Assembly (NCBI GenBank): GCA_040289515.1
Contig: PSLI01000012.1
Span: 1 to 49,534 of the forward strand
Source: Candidatus Sysuimicrobiota bacterium
GTDB taxonomy: Bacteria > Sysuimicrobiota > Sysuimicrobiia > Sysuimicrobiales > Sysuimicrobiaceae
Length of the DNA: 49,534 nucleotides
Reading direction: 5' to 3'
The notes under the pieces are model-generated. The model had not been told where the DNA came from and did not search any database. It worked only from the letters and a program-made list of their open reading frames with translations. Of this stretch, positions 45,740 to 49,534 are shown in pieces; the first letter of the stretch is position 1; each line of letters begins with the position of its first letter. The translations under genes and the position numbers were made by a program.

Positions 45740-47315
45740 GCAGGTACGTGAAGGGCTCCCGCACCCGGCCCGTGCGAACCCGGTAAATCGCCTCCGGGAT
45801 GCGGTCCGCCACGTCGTGGGCCAACAGCCCCCGGTCCCCGCGTTCCTCTGCCAAAAGGTCCGCAGCCAGCCCGTGCAGGTACGCGGCCACCCAGGCCGCC
45901 TCGAAGGGCACTAGCCCCTGCGCAATGAAGGCGGCCACCGCGCCCGTAAGGACGTCCCCCATCCCTCCCGAGGCCATCCCGGGGTTCCCTGTCGGATTGA
46001 CCACCACCCGGCCCTCCGGTGAAGCCACCACCGTCCGTGCGCCCTTCAGCAGGGTCACCGCGCCCAGCAGGCGCGCGGTGGACCGCGCCACCTCCAGCCG
46101 CGCCCGCTGCACTTCGGAAGTGGACACACCCAGCAGCCGCGCCAGCTCCCCGGGGTGCGGAGTGATCACCACCGGCGCGCGAGCGCTCCGCAGCAGGGCG
46201 TGCTGCCCCCGAAGCACGTTAAGGGCGTCCGCGTCCAGCACCAACGGACGGTCACAGACCTCCACCAGGCGCCGCACCAGGTGCGCCACGCCCTCTGCGG
46301 TGGTAAGGCCCGGGCCGGCCGCCACCACGTCCGCATCCTGCGCGAACTCCATCAGGGCTTCCAAGGCGGAAGGGGCCAGGGCCCCCTCCTGATCCGGCAG
46401 CGCGGCCGGCATGAACTCCAGGGCGGAGCTGGCCACGGCGGGGAAGATACACTCCGGCACCAGCAGCCGGACCAACCCTGCGCCGCACCGCAGAGCACCC
46501 AGGGCTGCCAGCTTCGGGGCACCCGGGAAGCGGGCAGAGCCCGCCACCATCAGCACGCGCCCATACGTGCCCTTGTGGGTATCGGGAGCCCGGGGGGGCA
46601 GCCGCCAGGACACCTGTGCGGCGGTGGCCACCTCCGTGGGCAAGGCGGGAGCCTCCAGGACCATCCGGCGGGGCAGTCCCAGGTCCGCCACCACCACTTG
46701 ACCGCAGTACGCGGCGCCCGGGTACACGAACAGCCCCACCTTCGGAAGGCCCATGGTGACCGTCACCTGGGCTCGCACGCAGGCGCCCTCCACCTTCCCG
46801 GTATCCGCGTCCAGACCGGAGGGGACATCCACGGACACCACAGGCAGCCCGCAATCGTTGATGGCCTCAATGGCGCGCGCCGGAAGCCCCACGGCGCTGC
46901 CGCGGAAGCCGGTGCCGAAGATGGCGTCCACCACCACGTCCGCGCCCACGGCCATCGCCCGCAGGGACGTGTCCACCGGGCCCACCACGTTGTCCACCCC
47001 CACCCCCGCAGCCCGCAAAGTGCGCAGGTTGACGGCGGCGTCGTCCTCCACGTCCTGGTCCCCCGCCAGCAGGTACACCCGCACCGCAACCCCCGCGTTG
47101 GCCAAGTGCCGCGCCGCGCACAGCCCGTCCCCACCGTTGTTGCCCTTCCCGCACACCACCGCCACGCGGCTGCCGCCGCGCTCCCGCAACAGCCGCCACG
47201 TCACCTGGGCCACGGCCCGGCCCGCGTGCTCCATGAGCACCAGCGTGGGCAGCCCTGCCTCCCGGACCGCCCGCTGCTCCAGCTCCCGCATCTCGCTAGC
47301 GGTCACCAGCCTCAC
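45720..47315 (-). CDS. nnr: bifunctional NAD(P)HX epimerase/dehydratase
   Basis: Motifs GKGNNGGDG, DAIFGTG, DVPSG, HKGTYG, DADALN, TPHPGE and GGMGDVLTG. Confidence 0.94.
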   Translation of the reverse strand: MRLVTASEMRELEQRAVREAGLPTLVLMEHAGRAVAQVTWRLLRERGGSRVAVVCGKGNNGGDGLCAARHLANAGVAVRVYLLAGDQDVEDDAAVNLRTLRAAGVGVDNVVGPVDTSLRAMAVGADVVVDAIFGTGFRGSAVGLPARAIEAINDCGLPVVSVDVPSGLDADTGKVEGACVRAQVTVTMGLPKVGLFVYPGAAYCGQVVVADLGLPRRMVLEAPALPTEVATAAQVSWRLPPRAPDTHKGTYGRVLMVAGSARFPGAPKLAALGALRCGAGLVRLLVPECIFPAVASSALEFMPAALPDQEGALAPSALEALMEFAQDADVVAAGPGLTTAEGVAHLVRRLVEVCDRPLVLDADALNVLRGQHALLRSARAPVVITPHPGELARLLGVSTSEVQRARLEVARSTARLLGAVTLLKGARTVVASPEGRVVVNPTGNPGMASGGMGDVLTGAVAAFIAQGLVPFEAAWVAAYLHGLAADLLAEERGDRGLLAHDVADRIPEAIYRVRTGRVREPFTYLHAASLG

Positions 47316-47688
47316 GCCGCCCCTCCGCCACCGCCACCGCGACCGCGTAGGCCCGCGTGTGGGACAAAGACACGTGCACGGCCACCACACCCTCCTGATC
47401 CGCCAGTTGCGCTGCGGTCCCGTGCAGACGGGCTTGGGGCCACCCGGAGGGATCACGGGCGATCTCGATGTCGCAGAACCTTAACCGGCCCCACCCGGAG
47501 CCCAGGGCCTTCATCACCGCCTCCTTGGCAGCGAAGCGGGCTGCCAGGCGCGCGGTACCGTCCCGGCCCCGGGCCCGCTCCAACTCCTCGGGGGTGTACA
47601 CGCGGCGCAGGAACGCCTGGCCCCACCGGTCCAACGCCCGCTGGATCCGGACGACCTCCACCACGTCCACCCCGACGCCCAGCACCAC
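47296..47688 (-). CDS. acpS: holo-ACP synthase
   Basis: Motifs GVGVDVVE, RFAAKEAVMKALG and VSLSH. Confidence 0.94.
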   Translation of the reverse strand: MVLGVGVDVVEVVRIQRALDRWGQAFLRRVYTPEELERARGRDGTARLAARFAAKEAVMKALGSGWGRLRFCDIEIARDPSGWPQARLHGTAAQLADQEGVVAVHVSLSHTRAYAVAVAVAEGRREAGDR

Positions 47689-47690
47689 GG

Positions 47691-47873
47691 CTAGCCGCCT
47701 TCCGGGAGTTCCGCCTCCTCCAAAAGCAGCACCGGAATCCCTTCCCGGATCGGGTAACGACGTCGGCAGGACCCGCAGACCAAGCGCTCTCCCTCCTGGC
47801 GCAGCCGCCCGTGGCAGGCAGGGCATGCCAGGAGCTCCACCAGCGCGGGGTTCAGCTGACCGGCGCTCTCCAT
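47691..47873 (-). CDS. Trm112-family protein
   Basis: LLACPAC...L.C..C.RRYPIREGIPVLL. Confidence 0.9.
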   Translation of the reverse strand: MESAGQLNPALVELLACPACHGRLRQEGERLVCGSCRRRYPIREGIPVLLLEEAELPEGG

Positions 47874-47910
47874 CGGCGAGACTTTTCGGCGCGGGCCAGC
47901 GGGATTCCCG

Positions 47911-49534
47911 CTACTCCACAGTCACGCTCTTCGCCAAGTTGCGGGGCTGGTCGATGTCGTGCCCCCTTTCCCGCGCCACCCAGTAGGCCAAAAGCTGCAG
48001 GGGGACCGCGGCCAGCACCGGGCTCAGCAGGTCGTCGGTGCGCGGGATGCGCAGGACCCGGTCCGCCAGCTTCCCGATCTCCGGGTCGTCCTCGTATGCC
48101 ACGGCCACCACCCGCGCGCCGCGGGCCTTCACCTCCTGCAGCCCGGAGACGGTCTTCTCGTACACGTGCGCCTGGGTCAGCACCACCACCACGGGCGTTC
48201 CCGACGTCACCAGGGCCAACGTCCCGTGCTTCAGCTCGCCCGCGGGCAGGGCTTCCGAGTGCACGTAGGAGATCTCCTTCAGCTTGAGGGACCCCTCCAT
48301 GGCCACGGCGTAGTCCAGCCCGCGGCCGATGAAGTACACGTGCTCGCTGTCCGCCACCTCCCGGGCGAGGCCCTCCACGGGCCCGGGGTGGTTGAGGATC
48401 TGCTGTACCTTGCGGGGTAGTACCGTTAGCTCCTCCACCAGCTGGTGGGCCCGGCTCGGGGGCAGGTTCCCTCGTAGGGAGCCCAGGTGCACGGCCAGCA
48501 GGACCTGCCCCACCAGCATGGTGAGGTACGCCTTGGTGGAGGCCACGGCGATCTCGGGTCCCGCGCGGGTGTACAGCACGTCGTCCGCCTCCCGGCTCAG
48601 GGAGCTGCCCACCACGTTGGTGATGGCCAGCACCCGCGCCCCGCAGGACCGGCACAGCCGTGCAGCCGCCAGGGTGTCCGCGGTCTCCCCCGACTGGCTG
48701 ATGGCCACCACCAGGTCGCTCCGGCGTACCAGGGGGTCACGGTAGCGCAGCTCGTGGGCGTAGTCCACCTCGGTGGGGATGCGCAGCACCCGCTCGAACA
48801 GGTACCTGCCCACCAGGCCTGCGTGGTAGGCGGTGCCGCATCCGGTGATCCAGATCTTCTCCAAGCCACGGGCGAAGGAGGTATCCAGGTGCACGTCCTC
48901 CAAGACCACGGCCGCATCCCCGTCCAGGCGACCCATGAGGGTCTCCTGCAGGGCCCGAGGCTGCTCGTAGATCTCCTTCAGCATGAAGTGGGGGAACCCC
49001 CCGCGTTCTGCCTGTTCTGCGGTCCACGTGACCTGCATCCGGCTCCGGGACACGGGTGCACCCTCCAGGTCCTCCAGGTAGGCTCCTTCTCGGGTAAGCA
49101 CCACCAGCTCGCCGTCGTCCACCACCAGCACGTCCCGGGTGTAGGGCAGCAGGGCCGGGATGTCGGAGGCCAGCAGCATCTCGCCCTCGCCAAACCCTAC
49201 CACCAGCGGGCTGATGCGGCGCACGGCCACGATGCGGTGCGGCTCGTGGGCGCACAACACCACCAGGGCGTACGCCCCGGAGGCGCGGCGCACAGCGCGG
49301 CGGGTAGCCTCCACCAGGTCACCCCGGTACTCCTCTTCCAGGAGGTGCGCCAGCAGCTCCGTGTCCGTGTCCGAGCGCAGCCGGTGGCCCCGAAGGGTGA
49401 GCTCCTCCCGCAGGGCAAGGAAGTTCTCGATGATCCCGTTGTGGATCACCACGAATCGGCCGGACTCGTCCGTGTGGGGGTGCGCGTTGGCCTCCGTCGG
49501 CTCGCCGTGCGTGGCCCAGCGGGTGTGGCCGATC
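47911..49534 (-). CDS. glmS: glutamine--fructose-6-phosphate aminotransferase (5' end outside window)
   Basis: Motifs GHTRWATHG, HNGIIEN, SQSGETAD, VASTKAY, ELKHG and PRNLAKSVTVE. Confidence 0.97.
   Translation of the reverse strand, partial: IGHTRWATHGEPTEANAHPHTDESGRFVVIHNGIIENFLALREELTLRGHRLRSDTDTELLAHLLEEEYRGDLVEATRRAVRRASGAYALVVLCAHEPHRIVAVRRISPLVVGFGEGEMLLASDIPALLPYTRDVLVVDDGELVVLTREGAYLEDLEGAPVSRSRMQVTWTAEQAERGGFPHFMLKEIYEQPRALQETLMGRLDGDAAVVLEDVHLDTSFARGLEKIWITGCGTAYHAGLVGRYLFERVLRIPTEVDYAHELRYRDPLVRRSDLVVAISQSGETADTLAAARLCRSCGARVLAITNVVGSSLSREADDVLYTRAGPEIAVASTKAYLTMLVGQVLLAVHLGSLRGNLPPSRAHQLVEELTVLPRKVQQILNHPGPVEGLAREVADSEHVYFIGRGLDYAVAMEGSLKLKEISYVHSEALPAGELKHGTLALVTSGTPVVVVLTQAHVYEKTVSGLQEVKARGARVVAVAYEDDPEIGKLADRVLRIPRTDDLLSPVLAAVPLQLLAYWVARERGHDIDQPRNLAKSVTVE

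Noticed and set aside
49400..49534. glmS ribozyme
   Set aside because: The glmS leader lies outside the window and cannot be assessed.

Overview
GC-rich bacterial chromosomal window made mostly of housekeeping genes. The gene mix (T-box, HspR-led dnaK operon, archease) suggests a Terrabacteria lineage, possibly a thermophile (inference). From left to right it holds: an IS3 remnant and glgC; a class Ic (Mn/Fe, tyrosyl-radical-free) ribonucleotide reductase nrdAB under a sigma70 promoter with two NrdR boxes and a cobalamin riboswitch; a Uma2 pseudogene; purEK and a zincin; an hspR-hsp20-dnaK-grpE-dnaJ-clpB operon with a non-canonical palindromic operator; a PRC/BON protein and a ClpP-class protease; an NMT1/SsuA-type ABC transporter; a partial ccmF-ccmH cluster and a J-domain protein; trxB/trxA and a site-2 protease; a Ser T-box-controlled aminotransferase-serA-serS operon; LysR and archease; a decayed patch (amidohydrolase pseudogene, IS256 remnant, P1B-ATPase fragment); and glmS-trm112-acpS-nnr-alr-pxpBC-nagA followed by lig-nfeD-tsaEB-rimI-tsaD. 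The most unusual element is an orphan c-di-GMP-I-like riboswitch with its own promoter, transcribed antisense into nagA with no gene to control in cis. No rRNA, tRNA or CRISPR array was seen. All calls were made by eye, without database searches.
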